The position numbers and the translations under genes were made by a program. The notes below the pieces were generated by a model. That model was not told where the DNA came from, did not search any database, and saw nothing but the letters and a program-made list of their open reading frames with translations. From assembly GCA_951406725.2 (NCBI GenBank), contig OX597816.1, positions 123,690,001 through 123,754,000 of the forward strand: a DNA stretch of 64,000 bases, in the 5' to 3' direction. The DNA is from Octopus vulgaris (taxonomy: Eukaryota). Of the stretch, positions 50,330-64,000 are shown piece after piece (within the stretch, counting starts at the first letter, position 1; the number at the start of each line of letters is the position of its first letter).

Positions 50330-52953
50330 GGAGGTGAGCTGGTGAAATTGTTAGCATTCCAGGCAAAATGCTTAGTAGCAATATCATCTGTCTTTGTGTT
50401 CTGTGTTCAAATTCTGTCATGGTTGACTTAGCCTTTCATTCCTTCAGGAGTTGATAAAAAAGGTACCAGTTGAGCACTGGGGTTGATGTAGTCAACTTAC
50501 TCTGTCGTTTGAACTTTCTGGCCTGGCCTTGAGCCAAAATTTGAAATCAGTATTAAGTTCTTATCAATATGAAGGGGGTGAGAGTCCTTAAGCATACCAG
50601 GCAAAATGCTTAATGGCATTCATCTGTCTTTACATTTTGAGTTCAAATTCTGCTGAGGTGAACTTTGCCTTTCATTCTTTCAGAGGTGATAAAATAAGTA
50701 CCAATTAAGCTCTGGAGTTGATGTAATCAGTTAATCCACCATCCTAAAATTGCTGTCCTTGTGCTAAGTTGCTTGGACTTGGTTTACTTTCGCCCCCCCC
50801 CTCCCCCACCATATTTTCTTGCAAAAAATGACAAGCTAGACAACATATATATAAGTATCTTATGTAAACACTGGGCTTTAACATATTTGAATAGTGAAAG
50901 CGTAGCAAAATATCTGGAGAAATAGCTATGACAGTTGTTCTGACTGTTTACTCATTGGATTACTGACTATATCAGAAGCAACGTAAATTTACGTGATTCG
51001 TGATAGTAGAAAACAAGGGAGATAATCTTTCTCTTGAGAATGGTGTTTTTTGATATGCATTATGTGTATTTACCAGATATATTAGAATAAATATCGTAGT
51101 AAGAAGCGTGTCATCATTTCACAAAAAAAAATTAAAATAAATGGAGTGGCTATGTGGTAAGAAGCTTGCTTCTCAACCAGATGGTTCCAGGTTCGGTCCA
51201 ACTGTGTGGCACCTTGGGCAAGTGTCTTCTGCTATAGCCTTGGGCCGACCAAAGCCTTGTGAATAGATTTGGTAGACGGAAGCTGAAAGCAGCTCGTCCT
51301 GTATGTATGGATGGATGGATGCATGTATTTGCATCTGTATTTCTACCCCCACCATTACTTGACAACCGATGTTGGTGTGTTTACATCCCTGTAAATTAGC
51401 AGTTCAGCAAAAGAGACTGATAGAATAAGTACTAGGCTTACAAAGAATAAGTCCTGTGGTGCTCCAGCATGGCTGCAATCAAATGACTGAAACTAGTAAA
51501 AGAAATACAAGAAAAATATTCATAGGCGCAGGAGTGGCTGTGTGGTAAGTAGCTTGCTAACCAACCACATGGTTCCGGGTTCAGTCCCACTGCGTGGCAT
51601 CTTGGGCAAGTGTCCTCTGCTATAGTCCCAGGCCGACCAATGCCTTGTGAGTTGATTTGGTAGACGGAAACTGAAAGAAGCCTGTCGTATATATGTATGT
51701 ATGTGTGTGTATGTGTTTGTGTGTCTGTGTTTGTCCCCCTAGCATTGCTTGACAACCGATCCTGGTGTGTTTATGTCCCCGTCACTAAGCGGTTCGGCAA
51801 AAGAGACCGATAGAATAAGTACTGGGCTTACAAAGAATAAGTCCCGGGGTTGATTTGCTCGACTAGAAGCGGTGCTCCAGCATGGCGGCAGTCAAATGAC
51901 TGAAACAAGTAAAAGAGTAAAAGAGAGTAAGAGTATAAACCCACAACAAGAATCTTCTATTTAAAACAATATTCCACAAACTAGAGAAGCATTTTTTGCC
52001 TTGAATCTCTTCCAGTATCTTTTCTACTCTAGGCGCAAGGCCCGAAATTTTTGGGGAGGGGCCCACTTGATTAGATCCACCTCCAGTATGCACCTGGTAC
52101 TAAATTTATCGACCCCAAGAGGATGAAAGGCAAAGTTGGCCTCGGTAGAATTTGAACTCAGGACGTAAAGACAGACAAAATGCCACTAAGCATTTTGCTC
52201 GGTGTGCTAACATTTCTGCCAGCTCACCGCCTTTTATCGCTACCAGTAACTTGTAAGAACAATAGATTAACCAGCAACAAGAAAACGACACTCCAAGGCA
52301 CAAGTCTGGGTAAGGTTGTTTATGGAAGACCAGCAGTTGCCCAAGCATGCCAGTCTCCCCTCTCCGTGACACTGATGTTATTCAAGGGAAAGGCAGAGGC
52401 TGATGCAGCTTGGACACCAGTGATGTCACAACCCATTTCTACAGCAGAGGGAACTGGAGCAACACAAATTAAAGTGTCTTGCTCAAGAACACATCACAGC
52501 CCAGTCTGGGAATTGAACTCACTACCTCATGGTTATGAGCTTGACACTCTAACCACTGAGCCATGTGCCTTCACTATATATATATATATATGTATTATTT
52601 GTTTCAATTATTTGACTATGATCATGCTGGAATACTACCATTAGTTGAGCAAATTGACCGCAGGACTTATTCTTTGTAAGCCTAGTACTTATTTTATAGG
52701 TCTCTTTTGCCGAACTGCTAAGTTACCAGGATGTAAACACACCAGCATCAGTTGTCAAGTGATGTTATGGGGACACACACACACACATATATATACGACA
52801 GGCTTCTTTCAGTTTCCATCTGCTAAATCCACTCACAAGGCTTTGGTCGGCCTGAGGCTGTAGTAGAAGACACTCACCCAAGGTGCCATGCAGTGGGACT
52901 GAACCAAGAACGATGTGGTTGGTAAGCAAGCTACTTACCACACAGCCACTCCT
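50330..52953. mobile_element. SINE cluster: family B 50330-50550(+), 50575-50765(+), 52020-52232(-); family A 51144-51510(+), 51524-51930(+), 52590-52953(-); family C 52270-52573(-)
   Basis: Matches to the family exemplars above; tRNA A/B boxes; CCTTGGGCAAGTGTC CORE-like motif in family A. Confidence 0.85.
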
Positions 52954-53559
52954 ATACACACACACATATCTATGCATGCACACATACATCCATACATGCA
53001 TTGATATTGAAATTCCAATGAAGGAACTTTGGATCTGGGTTAGAAACCAGCTCTTTCTCTATTGGCAAAAAATCTTGAAATAAAACTGAACAATGACATA
53101 CATATTCAAGCAGTTATGGCTGTGTGAATACAGAGTTTGCTTCATTACCATGTGATTTTAAGTTCTCAGTCATTGTTTGATAGCCTAGACTAGCATCTTT
53201 TACTCAAAACTCAGACCATCCAACCAGTAGTGTCTTCTACTATAGCCCCAAACTGATCAAAGACTTGAAAATGGATTTGGTCGATGGAAACTTAAGGAAA
53301 CCTATGTGTGTGTATGTGTGCATTACTATCTCCTGGACTTCATGTGATAGTTGTAATATGTCTGTTTATGGGGAACATTACCCTGCTTGAAAACAAGTGC
53401 AGGTTGGTGACTGGAAGGGCACCTAGTTGTAGAAAATTTTCCTTGGCAAGTTCCGCCCAACTTATTCAAGCATGGAAAAGTGGATATTAAATATTGATGA
53501 TGATGATTTAAACATGTATGATTATACTTTCATTATTTTTTTCTATTTTCCTTTCTTAG

Positions 53560-56093
53560 AACCTAAAGAAGATGACTCTAATATTGACATCATGCAAACT
53601 GCAAAAGTCCAGACTGCAAAAGGTTCTGAAAATATGCTACAGATGTCATTTTCAGAAATACAGCTACAGGTCATGGAAGGTCGGTGTGGTTTCTGTTTAA
53701 GCAATGTTACTCAGAATGAAACTGCTTCATCACTTCAAATCTGTCCATCATCAAACCTGAATAAGCGAATAGATTCTGAACCTTATATAGTTAAACTATC
53801 CAAATTATCACCCACTTCTACAGTGACCTCCCTTATTAATTACGTTGCATCTTTGAATGATTCTGGAAACTCTTGTGATCTAAACAATGGTGCTGGCATC
53901 ACTGAAACACCTCCTGTAAATTCACTTGACTCTGAAAATTCAGAAGATTTACAGAAATTAGTTACGCTAAATCAGTCAAGTGAGCAAGAAGAAACAGAGA
54001 AAGCAGATCATTCTGATGCATCTTTAAGCAAGATATCTTCACAAGATCTTCAAGCGTCATCATTGTCCCCACTGAAAACATCTTCAAAAGTTCTTCACAA
54101 TGAAGAAATTAATGAAAGTAGTTCATTTTATGAGTTACCTCAGCAAGTTTCTCAAAGTACATTTTTGAATTGTTCCATGAGTGAGACAAATGCAGAAGAG
54201 CTGCACAATGTGAGAACAACTGCCGATGATCTAAAAAAAAATTTGGTTTCCACGGAAACAGAAGTCTGTGATTCTTTCATCGAAGCTCAAAACTTGGTTG
54301 TGAAACCTCACAAGAAACGAGGCCGCAAACCAAAACAGATGCCAAATAAGGCAGAGTGTAATCAAAATAAGAGTGAGTGTGATCCAAAAGAAGCTCATTT
54401 GGTGACTCGTCAATCAAAACGCATTATGTTACGTGGAGCAAAACATTTAGCTAATCAAGGAAAGAAGGGTAGCAATGTTGTTGCCTCTGAAATCCCCAAG
54501 TCAAAAGTTACTGATGTATCTAGTAATATTATGCAACCTTTAGAAAGTACAGCTGTAGAAAATATTACAACCTCAGGAAAGAGTACAGAACATATACAAG
54601 CTGATGATGTAACAGGATCAAATCTTTCAACAACAGCAGCCATATATGATAAACTTGAGCTTATTTCCAGCAAACAGAAGAACGATACAGGCAGTGGCAA
54701 AATGCACAAACCAGGACGTAGGAAAAGGAATAATGTGCGTGTCGTTCAATGTCGTTATTGCCAAAAAATGTTCTGTGACTACACTGGTGTGGATGAACAT
54801 GTGAAGAAATTTCATGCAGATGAGTCTGATTTCTCTGAATATGTAACTGAGCTGAAGAAACTAAAAGTAGTCAAGTGTAGTAAGTGTGACGCTACTCTTC
54901 AGAACCGATATTTGCTCCAAGACCATGAAGACCGTGTTCATTTCCAAGTTGATTCTCAAATATGTAGCCAATGTGGCAAGTCTTACAAGAATTTGAAAAG
55001 CCTCCGGAATCATGTGCATTCTGTTCATTATGTCAAAGGAAAATCTAACTTATGCCATTTGTGTCCTGCTAAATTCAAGTGGGCTGCCACTCTCAAGCAG
55101 CACATTCAAGAGATCCATGAAGGAATCCGCCAATTCTCTTGTCCAACATGTAAAAAAGAATTTTATAGGAAATCTCAACTAAATCGTCACAAAAGAATTC
55201 ACGGTTCAGATATATCTAAGATGATTGTCTGCAAACAGTGTAATAAAAGCTTTTGGTTTGAGAACAATTATATTCGACACATGCGAATTCTTCATCAGCC
55301 TCAAAAGGAACTGTTTCACTGTTCTTACTGTGGGAAAGGGTTTAGTCAAAAGGCAAGTATGGTTGCACATGTTCAGTTATTACATTTTAATTTATACACT
55401 TTCACTTGCAAAATCTGTAATATGGGTTTCACTAGATCCAAAACGTTGCGAGCTCACATGACACAAGTTCATAATGATACTGATTTTGTTGTGACAAATT
55501 CTCAGCGCAACCGATTCAAATATAACCGAACTGCCGAAGATCTCCTTTATTGTACATATTGTAAGACAGGCTTTTACTACAAAGCCAAACTTGTTGAGCA
55601 CATACATCAGGAACACTTATCATACTTCCCTCATCGTTGCAATAAATGTAAGCAAGGTTTCCTTGAAAAGAAATTTCTTGAAAACCACCTTAAGAAAGCA
55701 CACAATATTGATGAAAGTATAAATTCAGAGATGGATACGTCTAATGAACAACCTGCTGAAGATATACCTGAAGAACTCCCTAAAGATGACATTAATTCTT
55801 CTGAAGAGTGCTGTGAAGAATTACTGCCAGCTGCAGAGGGTAGCAATTACGATGTACCAACAGCACCGTTATTAGTAGAGGTGTCGAATGTAGACAATAC
55901 AATACATTATTTGATTCAGCATACTGACCAGGAACATGACTCTGAGAATAACCAACAAGTGATTGAGAACATTGCTAGCCTATTATTGGTTGCTGAACAA
56001 GCATCTAATAAGGAATCTTTACCAATGGTTAATATGCAGAACCAAACGGAATTCTTTCAACAGCTGCAATACAATGATACATTTCAAAACTGA
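53560..56093 (+). CDS. C2H2 zinc-finger protein, large last coding exon (10 fingers, AT-hook-like motif, acidic C-terminus)
   Basis: 873-codon ORF with ten CX2C-X12-HX3-4H motifs (54750-55703) and KKRGRKPK at 54312-54335. A polypyrimidine tract plus TTAG acceptor at 53559 shows the first ~29 ORF codons are intronic/repeat. Confidence 0.93.
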
Positions 56094-56239
56094 TCACCTG
56101 TTGACATTTAGATATCACAGGTAATTTCAGGGACTTCACCAACAGTTTTATAAAATATATACTAATATATATATTGTGTTTGTTGTTATTTCTTATATTA
56201 CTTTTTCACTGGAAGAAATATTTGCATTTTAAGTTTCTT

Positions 56240-56275
<36 letters not shown>

Positions 56276-57014
56276 CACCCATTTTTACTTCGGTTTGTTT
56301 CTTTATTGCTGCCACTTCAGATTTTCCATTTCTTTTATCTTTTATATTTTCTTTTGTCTTCCCTCTTATCTTGTCAGATTCCATTATTAAATCTCAGTTG
56401 TTACAACAAATCCTGATGTCTCAGTTATTCATAATGCAGAGAAATGCTTTAATGCCATTAAGCAATGAAGTGAGAAGTCTGTGTAAAAGTTTTGACTCTC
56501 AGGGGATTTCCATATATATTACAAAAAGTCATATTGCCAACAAGACACACTCGGAGATGTACATAGCAAATTACTTTCTTTACTTGAGTTAAATGCTGAC
56601 AATGACCACAACTGTTTTCATTTTATTAATTTTTAATATATAAATTGTGTTGGTAAGAGCTGTATAACTGTTGCAAGTAGTTATGTCCCTTATATCTTGC
56701 AGTAACATAGCATCTACGGTAGCTAGCAATATATATCTTGAATTAAATGAAACTGCTTGGAACATTATCACATCAGTTTAGTCTATTTGGAACTGTTTCT
56801 CAACCATTTTATATCTATAGACACCTTGTATTCCTTTCTTACTTATATGTATCCCTGTAGCCATTCAGTGTTTTAAAAATTCATGATATATTTTTATAAT
56901 TAAATATTGTATTAAAAAAGCACAATTGTAAAAATATTTTGTGTATTGTTGAAGTATAAGCAAATTTTAACTACAAAATCTTATGTGGACCCCAGTTGAG
57001 AACTCCTAATTTAA

Positions 57015-57243
57015 CCCTTTAGCATTTAGACCAGCCATATCTGGTTAAAATATTTAACCTGTTTTATGTTGAAACTGGTCAGATCCAGATCCAGCTTCTC
57101 ATGCCAATCTTATAACATCATTCATCATTCTAAAACTAAAGAATCACATTATTGAAGTCTCAAAGCTATAACATAATTCAGGATTAATTCAAAACAATAT
57201 AAATAAACATTATATTTGAATGAGTAATCTGAATGCCAAAGAA
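57015..57243. mobile_element. TTAA-MITE family B
   Basis: TTAA-CCCTTTAGCATT ... AATGCCAAAG; homologous to 42437 and 60288. Confidence 0.7.
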
Positions 57244-57759
57244 TTCAAGATTTATTAGTTACTGATTCAAAATCATTAAGATAGTTAAACCATACAAAGT
57301 TAGATTTACAGCAGATTTGTTTTTGTTTTGTTTAATAAGGTGTTTCAGTTATGGATTAGGAGATTTTTAGATATTTCCTAACATGTATCAATCCCGACCT
57401 TAATCCTAATAAATTAAAGCATTTATTTCTACATTTTGAGTTTAAAATAGGTAACATTATTCAAGATTTTTCAGCTTAGGATAATACTTTAAAAAGAAAA
57501 GAAGTTTATACGAAACCACCCTCTGAAATATATGAGACGCTTTTTGTTTATACAATTCCAAAAGCCTAACAGAAAAGCAGATGAATTTCTACTTAATTTA
57601 TTTATAATATATGATTTTAATTTTAAAGCAGTAATGACTGAACAGCCCATTCTTATTCTAGCAACTACGTTTTCAGAGTTTTCTCCACTGTTGACTCAGT
57701 CGCCTAGGTAATGGAAATTAGATCTCCTATACCCAGGCATTTGAGGGAGTCTGTTTTCT

Positions 57760-58530
57760 GTACATACCTAGTGTTTGTTGTATTTGCACATGTGCTGCAC
57801 ACTAATACTACTTTCTCTATTAACCTTCTTGTGATACCAATGCATCTCATGTCTATAGCTTGCAGTGAGTACATCATGTGAAGTTTCTGCCAACACTTTT
57901 TCTACATCTCCCTGAAGGGATCAGTGATTTGTCTGTTTTCCTACCTATTAGGACTTTGGTTTTTGCTAAATTTACTCTAAACCCTTTGATTCCAAACTTT
58001 GCTTCTATACCTGAAATTTTCTTTCTAGTTTTGGTAGTGATTCAGCTATAAGAAGAAGGTCATCGGTGCAGAAGAGCTCCTGAGGGTAGCCAGTCTTAAA
58101 TTCCTCTGTTATGTCCTGGAGGACTATGAAACTGATCCTTGGTGAATTACCTTTACACTAAGATCCCTTGTTAGACTCATTGCCAATTTTCACCCCACTA
58201 ACAGCATCCCTATTCATGGCTTGTACAGCTCTCAACCAGTCACTCATCTATCCCTAGCTTCTGCATTGCCCAACAGATAAGGAAGCAGGAGACCCTGTCA
58301 AAAGCTTTTTCCAAGACAACATAAGCCAACAATAGAGGGTTATTTATTTTTGGCTAAATACTTCTCCAGACTCACCAGAAAGATAGTGTCAATAGTGTTT
58401 CTCCTAAGCACAAAACCAAACTGCATCTCATCTAGGCTAACTCTTCCTAATTAGTTGAGCCATAACACTTTCTTTAACTTTCATCATCTGGACCAGCAAT
58501 TTGATACCTCTGCAATTATTTCTGTCTATG
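57760..58530 (-). mobile_element. Decayed RTE reverse-transcriptase fragment
   Basis: Minus strand: NCRGIKLL, MQFGFVLRRNTIDTIF, KAFDRV, ELFCTDDLLL. Confidence 0.8.
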
Positions 58531-59011
58531 GTGTCAAATACAGAAATTTTTTAAATTCTCAGAAAGCAATCAGGTAATTCACCATGAAAGGTTCAGGTTT
58601 TGGCTACTACAGGTAATTCCAGTAAGAAAAGGCATTTTGCAGAGTTCTCTCAAACTGTTAACCATTGTTAAAATGCTGGTTTTTATACTTATCCCATTCT
58701 CCACATAGAGAATTGATCTTAGTAACATATATCAGTTTCCTATGTTACTAGGACACTACTTATATTTATAGAAGTTCTTATAGCTGCTCCAAACATTTAG
58801 TGTATCAGTGTTTCAGCTAGTCAACAATGATTTCATCGACAAAAGTAATTGAAAATCATCATCATCATCATTTAACATACGTTTTCCATCCTGGCATGGG
58901 TTGAAGAGCTTTAAAATAACTGGCCAGGCTAGGGGGCATACCAGGTTCCATAGTCTGTTTTGTCTTGGTTTCTACAGCTGGATGTTCTTCCTAATGCCAG
59001 TATATATGTCC

Positions 59012-59830
59012 TCATCATCGTCATCGTTTAACGTCCGCTTTCCATGCTAGCATGGATTGGACGATTTGACTGAGGTCTGGCGAACCAGATGGCTGCACCA
59101 AGCTCCAATCTGATCTGGCAGGGTTTCTACAGCTGGATACCCTTCCTAATGCCAACCACTCCGGGAGTGTAGTGGGTGCTTTTATGTGCCACTGGCATGA
59201 GGGCCAGTCAGGCGGTACTGGCAATGGCTATGCTCAAATGATGCTTTTTATGTACCACCTGCACAGGAGCCAGTCCAGTGGCACTGGCAACAACCTTGCT
59301 CAAATGTTTTTTCACGTACCACCAGCACAAGTGCCAGTAAGGTGACATAGGTAACGATCACGCTCATGATGGTGCTTTTTACATGCCACCGGCATGGAAG
59401 CCAGTTTGTTGCTCTGGTAGCAATCATGCTCAGATGGTGCTCTTAGTGCTCCACTAGCACGGATGCCAGTCATCGAATTTGATTTCGATTTTGATTTCAC
59501 TTGCCTTAACAGGTCTTCGCAAGCAGAATTTAGTGTCCAATGAAAGAAAGGTACACATAAGTGGGCTGGTTACACCGCTGGCATAGGTCATGAGGTTATG
59601 GTCTCACTTGGCTTGCCGAGTCTTCTCAAGCACAGTATATTTCCAAAGGTCCCGGTCACTAGTCATTGCCTCGGTGAGGCCCAATGTTCGATGGTCATGC
59701 TTAACCACCTCATCCCAAGTCTACCTCTTTCACAGGTTCCCTCAACCACTAGGGTGTGGCACTTTTTCACACAGCTACCCACATCCATTCTTGCCACATG
59801 GCCATACCAGCGCAGTTGTCTCTCGTGTGT
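59012..59830 (-). mobile_element. RTE LINE 3' end (ORF C-terminus plus repeat-containing 3' UTR)
   Basis: ERQLRWYGHVARMD..VEGTCERGR is contiguous with the (GCACGTAAAAAGCACC)-repeat tail and (GAT)n, which identifies the abundant tail repeats as RTE-derived. Confidence 0.85.
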
Positions 59831-60213
59831 ATGTATATATTCCATCATGGGAAAACGAAATCAGAGCACAGTAAAAGCTTTTCGAATTTTCTTTCTTTCC
59901 TTTCAAGTATTCAAATTCATTAATCTGACCTGAAACAAAAAGAAGCCTCTATTGTGTAACAGTTTTTTAATTTCTTAGGTTATCCAAAATATTTTTTACA
60001 TAGAAAATTGTATTTCAGTCCAGAATGCCTTCAACTTCTTCAAGAGTTATCGCTACCTCAGAATGGTAGAAAATTACTTGTCATGGACACTCAAGTTCTA
60101 TGCATACTATGCCAAATAAATCCTTAACTACTCTTCAAAAATTAAGCCCTTAGCAGATTCAAATTTTTCTCTGAAAATATCATTAAATGTATTGATTCTA
60201 TTAAAAATATTAA

Positions 60214-60614
60214 CCTTTTTGATACCAGCCTTCTTGAGACTGACTTTGTTTCTGTGATACAAACTTCCTTGTTTAAAAAAGATTTAATCCTTTAGCATTC
60301 AGATTACTCTGTCAAATATATTACTTATTCATTCACATTGTTTTAAATTCATGCATTATCTCATAGCTTTAAAATTTCTATGATGCGATAATATCTTTTA
60401 GAATGACATCATAGAGTAGATTTAAGAGGCTGGATCTGGTTAGTTTGAACATAAAACAGGTAGAATATTTGGACCTAATATGGCCTATTTAAAAGCTAAA
60501 AGTTAGACTGAAACATTCCTTCAAAACTTCATGTTAATTTATGATCTAAACACCAGCTTAATACTGACAAAATTTGACTAAATCCTTCATCATTTTAAGA
60601 ATTAATTGAAAGGG
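60214..60614. mobile_element. Nested TTAA-MITEs (family A outer, family B inner at 60288-60502)
   Basis: TTAA-CCTTTT..AAAGGG-TTAA outer ends; the outer body resembles the reverse complement of 26522-26742; the inner element starts at a TTAA. Confidence 0.7.
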
Positions 60615-61356
60615 TTAAACAGGCAGCTGTGACTACAAATAAAAGTCACTTGTTTTAGCAATGAAACAAATGCTATTGATGGAACTACCACTACATCATT
60701 ATCTCATATTGGTAGACTGGTAGCATTTTTCAGAAGGTCCTTAAATAATTCTAAAAAAATGGAATCTCTAACCACATTGTCAAAAATTAAGCTTACACAG
60801 TTGCAGATGCTGTGAAAAAAATTGATACATTTCCTCAGGAAATATTTTAATTCAATGACAGATCAAAGGTCTATTTCATTCATGTTTGACAATAAAGTAT
60901 TGGAAAAATAAAATTGCTTTAGAATCAAACTTCCGTCTCTCCTCTCTCTCTTACTCTCTCCCTCTCACTCACTATATAAACTAAAGAGGAGGCATGAAAA
61001 AACTTTTAGTTGATCCGTTTCATGCTTGTAGTACTACTACTCCTATAAATTTAGAATTACTCCATAATTCCACAGTATATATATATATATATTCCCTGCT
61101 ATAAAAATAATGCTTTATTTTATTAAAGCACATAACCTACAGTTTTCTGTCAATGAGGTATGAGTAATAAAATTTAACCTTTTATCATCTGAAAGATACT
61201 TCTCTTATAAAAGCTTCCTGTCCATTTGAACCCTTCTCTATAGACCTTAAACATCTTCCTCATTTTAATAATTCAAATGCATACTTGCTATGATCAATAA
61301 TTTTTTTCCATTCATCTATATAAAGCATAGTACAAGTTGTATAGTAAGAAAGTATG

Positions 61357-63019
61357 CACAGGTATGGCTGTGTGGTAAGAAGCTTGCTTCCCAACCACAT
61401 GGTTCTGGGTTCACTTGTACTATGATGTATCATGAGCAGGTGTCTTCTACTCTAGCCTTGGGCCAACCAAAGCCTTGTGAGTGGATTTGGTATACAGAAA
61501 GTCAAAAAAGCCAGTCGTATATACGTAACGCACACACATATATATATGAATAAAAAAAATGGAGTTTACTTGTGAGATTTTTGCTGCCCAGGTAACTATT
61601 TATTTTTTTTTTCCATGTTAATTGTTAACAAGGTAAAAATACACTCATCTATTTATATATATATATATATATATGTATGTGTCTGTTTGTCCCAACCAGT
61701 TTTAGTGTGTTAAAGCCCCATAACTTAGCAGTTCAGCGAGAGAGGTCAATAGAATGAGTATTAGGCTTAAAAACAAAATAAATAAGTCCTGGGGTTTGAT
61801 TTGTTCAGCTAGAAACCTTCAAGGTGGTGCCCCAGCATGGCTGCTTTCATATGACTGAAACGAGTAAACAATAAAAAATAAAAGAACTCATCACTTTTCT
61901 GTTTTTTGGTATATTGTTTTTTATTCTGATTGGTTGAGGGTGATGGGGTGCTTCTTTCTGTCTTTCAAGTTGAAACAATCCTAAATTAACATGAGATTTC
62001 ACAAGTCATAAAATCCTTTAGAGTTACTTGGCTAACTCAGTGTAAAAAGTACAGTAGAATTATCTGAAACTGTTTATCTTTGATGATAAAATATTTATCA
62101 TTTTACAATGGGAAACCATGTTACCAAATAGTCTACATGATTCATGATCATTGCTACCAAAAGAGACACATCATGAACGAAAATACTCTCCACTTGGTTT
62201 TCTAAATCTGCTGCACTATGTTCATAATTCAAAATCTGAATTACTAGTGGAACTCAGAGAACTTCTTGAGGCTTATTCCAATTACACTCATGGTGTGGAG
62301 ACTGCAGGTTCCTAAAGAGATTATATTCCTCCAGACATGATAACCATCAAATAATGCCAATTATTCGCAATATTTATTGAGTAGAAGATGGTGAGCTAAT
62401 AGAATCATTGGCACACTAGGCAAAATGCTTAGCTGCATTTCGTCTGTCCTTACAGTCTGAGTTCAAATTCCACTGAGGCCAACTTTGCATTTCATCCTTT
62501 CCAGGGTCAATAAAAATGAGTACCAGTTGAACACCGGGGTTGATGTAATCAACTTTCCCCTCCCCTGAACTTGCCAGCTTTGTGCAAAAATTTGAAAGTA
62601 ATAAATTCAAGGTTGTGAACTGGCAGAATCATTATCGTGTGGGGCAAAATGCTTAGTGGCATTTTGTCCAACTTCACATTCTCAGTTCATATTCCACCGA
62701 GATCGACTTTGCCTGTCATCTCTTTCAGGGTCAATAAAATAAATAGTTGTTGAATACAGGTCAATGTAACCAACTTGCCCCACCTCCCCTTAACTTGTTG
62801 ACCTTATGCCAAAATTTGAGAGTAATATTTATTCAGTAGAAAGTGAGGCAGTTAAAAAGGCAGCTGTGTTTAAAAACAAAAATTTGCAAAATAGAACATA
62901 GCTGAGTGAATTTAACTTTTTGATTACCAGTATACCCCTTGTTTTCTTATATAAACTTCTTATTTGAAAGTGACCTAAATGAACTTTCCATCACAATCTC
63001 ATATTAATTTCATCATCAT

Positions 63020-63051
<32 letters not shown>

Positions 63052-63810
63052 TTGAATGTCTATTTTCCATACTGGCATGAGTTAGGTGTTTGACTGGAAC
63101 AGTTAAGCCAGAGAGCTGCACAGGGCTCCAGTCTGTTTTGAATGGTTTCTGCAGTTGGATGCCCTTCCTAATACCAACCACATTACAGAGTGTACTGGGT
63201 GTCTTTTACATGTCACTGGCATGGGCTTCTTTCATGTGTCACCTGCATGAGTGCTGTTTACATGTCACCGGTACTGGTCATGGCCATAGCTTCACTGATC
63301 TTGATATGACTTCTCAAGCACAGCAATTCACCTAAAATCTCAGTCACCTGTTATCACCTCCGTGAGCCTTGACAGCTGAAGATCATATTTCACCATATTA
63401 TACCATGTCTTCAACAAGAATTCATAAATTCTAGTTTCACCAAACTAATTCTAATTTCTTGATTACTTGTCAGTTAGGGTATAGGCCCTCTTTAGACAGG
63501 AATGAGCAAAGAACTGCATTTCCCATCTGAAGCACAAGTCCAGGCAATGTTGTTTATGGAAGACCAGCAATCGCCCATGCATACCAGCTTCTGTTCTCCA
63601 TGCCACCGATGTAATCCAAGGGAAAGGAAAAGGCCGATGCAGCTTGACCCCAGTGATGTCACAACTCATTTCTACAGCTGAGTGAACTGGAACAATGTGA
63701 AATAAAGTGTCTTGCTCAAGAACACAACACACAGCTTTGTTCAGGAATTGAACTCACTACCTCATGATTATGAGCCCAACACTCTAACCATTAAGCCATG
63801 CACCTTCACT
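61357..63810. mobile_element. SINE/RTE-tail cluster: family A 61357-61885(+), family B 62388-62600 and 62610-62825(+), RTE tail 63010-63400(-), family C 63520-63810(-)
   Basis: Matches to the family exemplars. Confidence 0.75.
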
Positions 63811-64000
63811 AGTTGCCAAATACCACTTTTACAATCAGTAAATGTCATGAACTTAAACATTGAAATGCTTAATATTTTGTTTAGAGTTAAAATAAATACA
63901 TCTAATATGTTAAAGTAGTTGATAAATAGTAATAAAGAATGTATTCATCATCCTTTAATGTCCCTTTTTTCCAATGTTTTCATGGGTCAGGTGTAATTTG

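Noticed and set aside
53472-53559. N-terminus MEKWILNIDDDD.. of the long ORF as the true start
   Set aside because: It lies in a repeat tail and polypyrimidine tract upstream of a clear splice acceptor
55288-55302. CTTCATCAG (reverse complement CTGATGAAG) as an HHR core
   Set aside because: It lies inside the zinc-finger CDS with no matching GAAAC and stems

Overview
AT-rich, repeat-dense eukaryotic DNA. The SINE, RTE and microsatellite landscape suggests an octopus or other coleoid genome (inference). There is one clear host gene on the + strand: a protein with 10 C2H2 zinc fingers and an AT-hook-like motif. Its large coding exon is 53560-56093 and its probable first coding exon is 40397-40562, next to a CpG-rich, probably bidirectional promoter at about 40.0-40.3 kb. 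The rest is mostly tRNA-derived SINEs, RTE/R4/L1-type LINE fragments, mariner and hAT relics, TA- and TTAA-flanked MITEs, Helitron/Helentron non-autonomous elements and foldback palindromes. The most notable signal is a set of type I hammerhead ribozyme (HHR) motifs in non-coding retroelements: (i) a young 445-bp, self-complementary retrozyme-like unit with a perfect 71-nt terminal redundancy (15701-16216), as expected from reverse transcription of a circular RNA; and (ii) a tRNA-headed Pol III SINE whose 3' part carries a minimal Penelope-type HHR (three copies, two of them fused head-to-head). Coordinates of degenerate repeats are approximate, and all alignments were done by eye.
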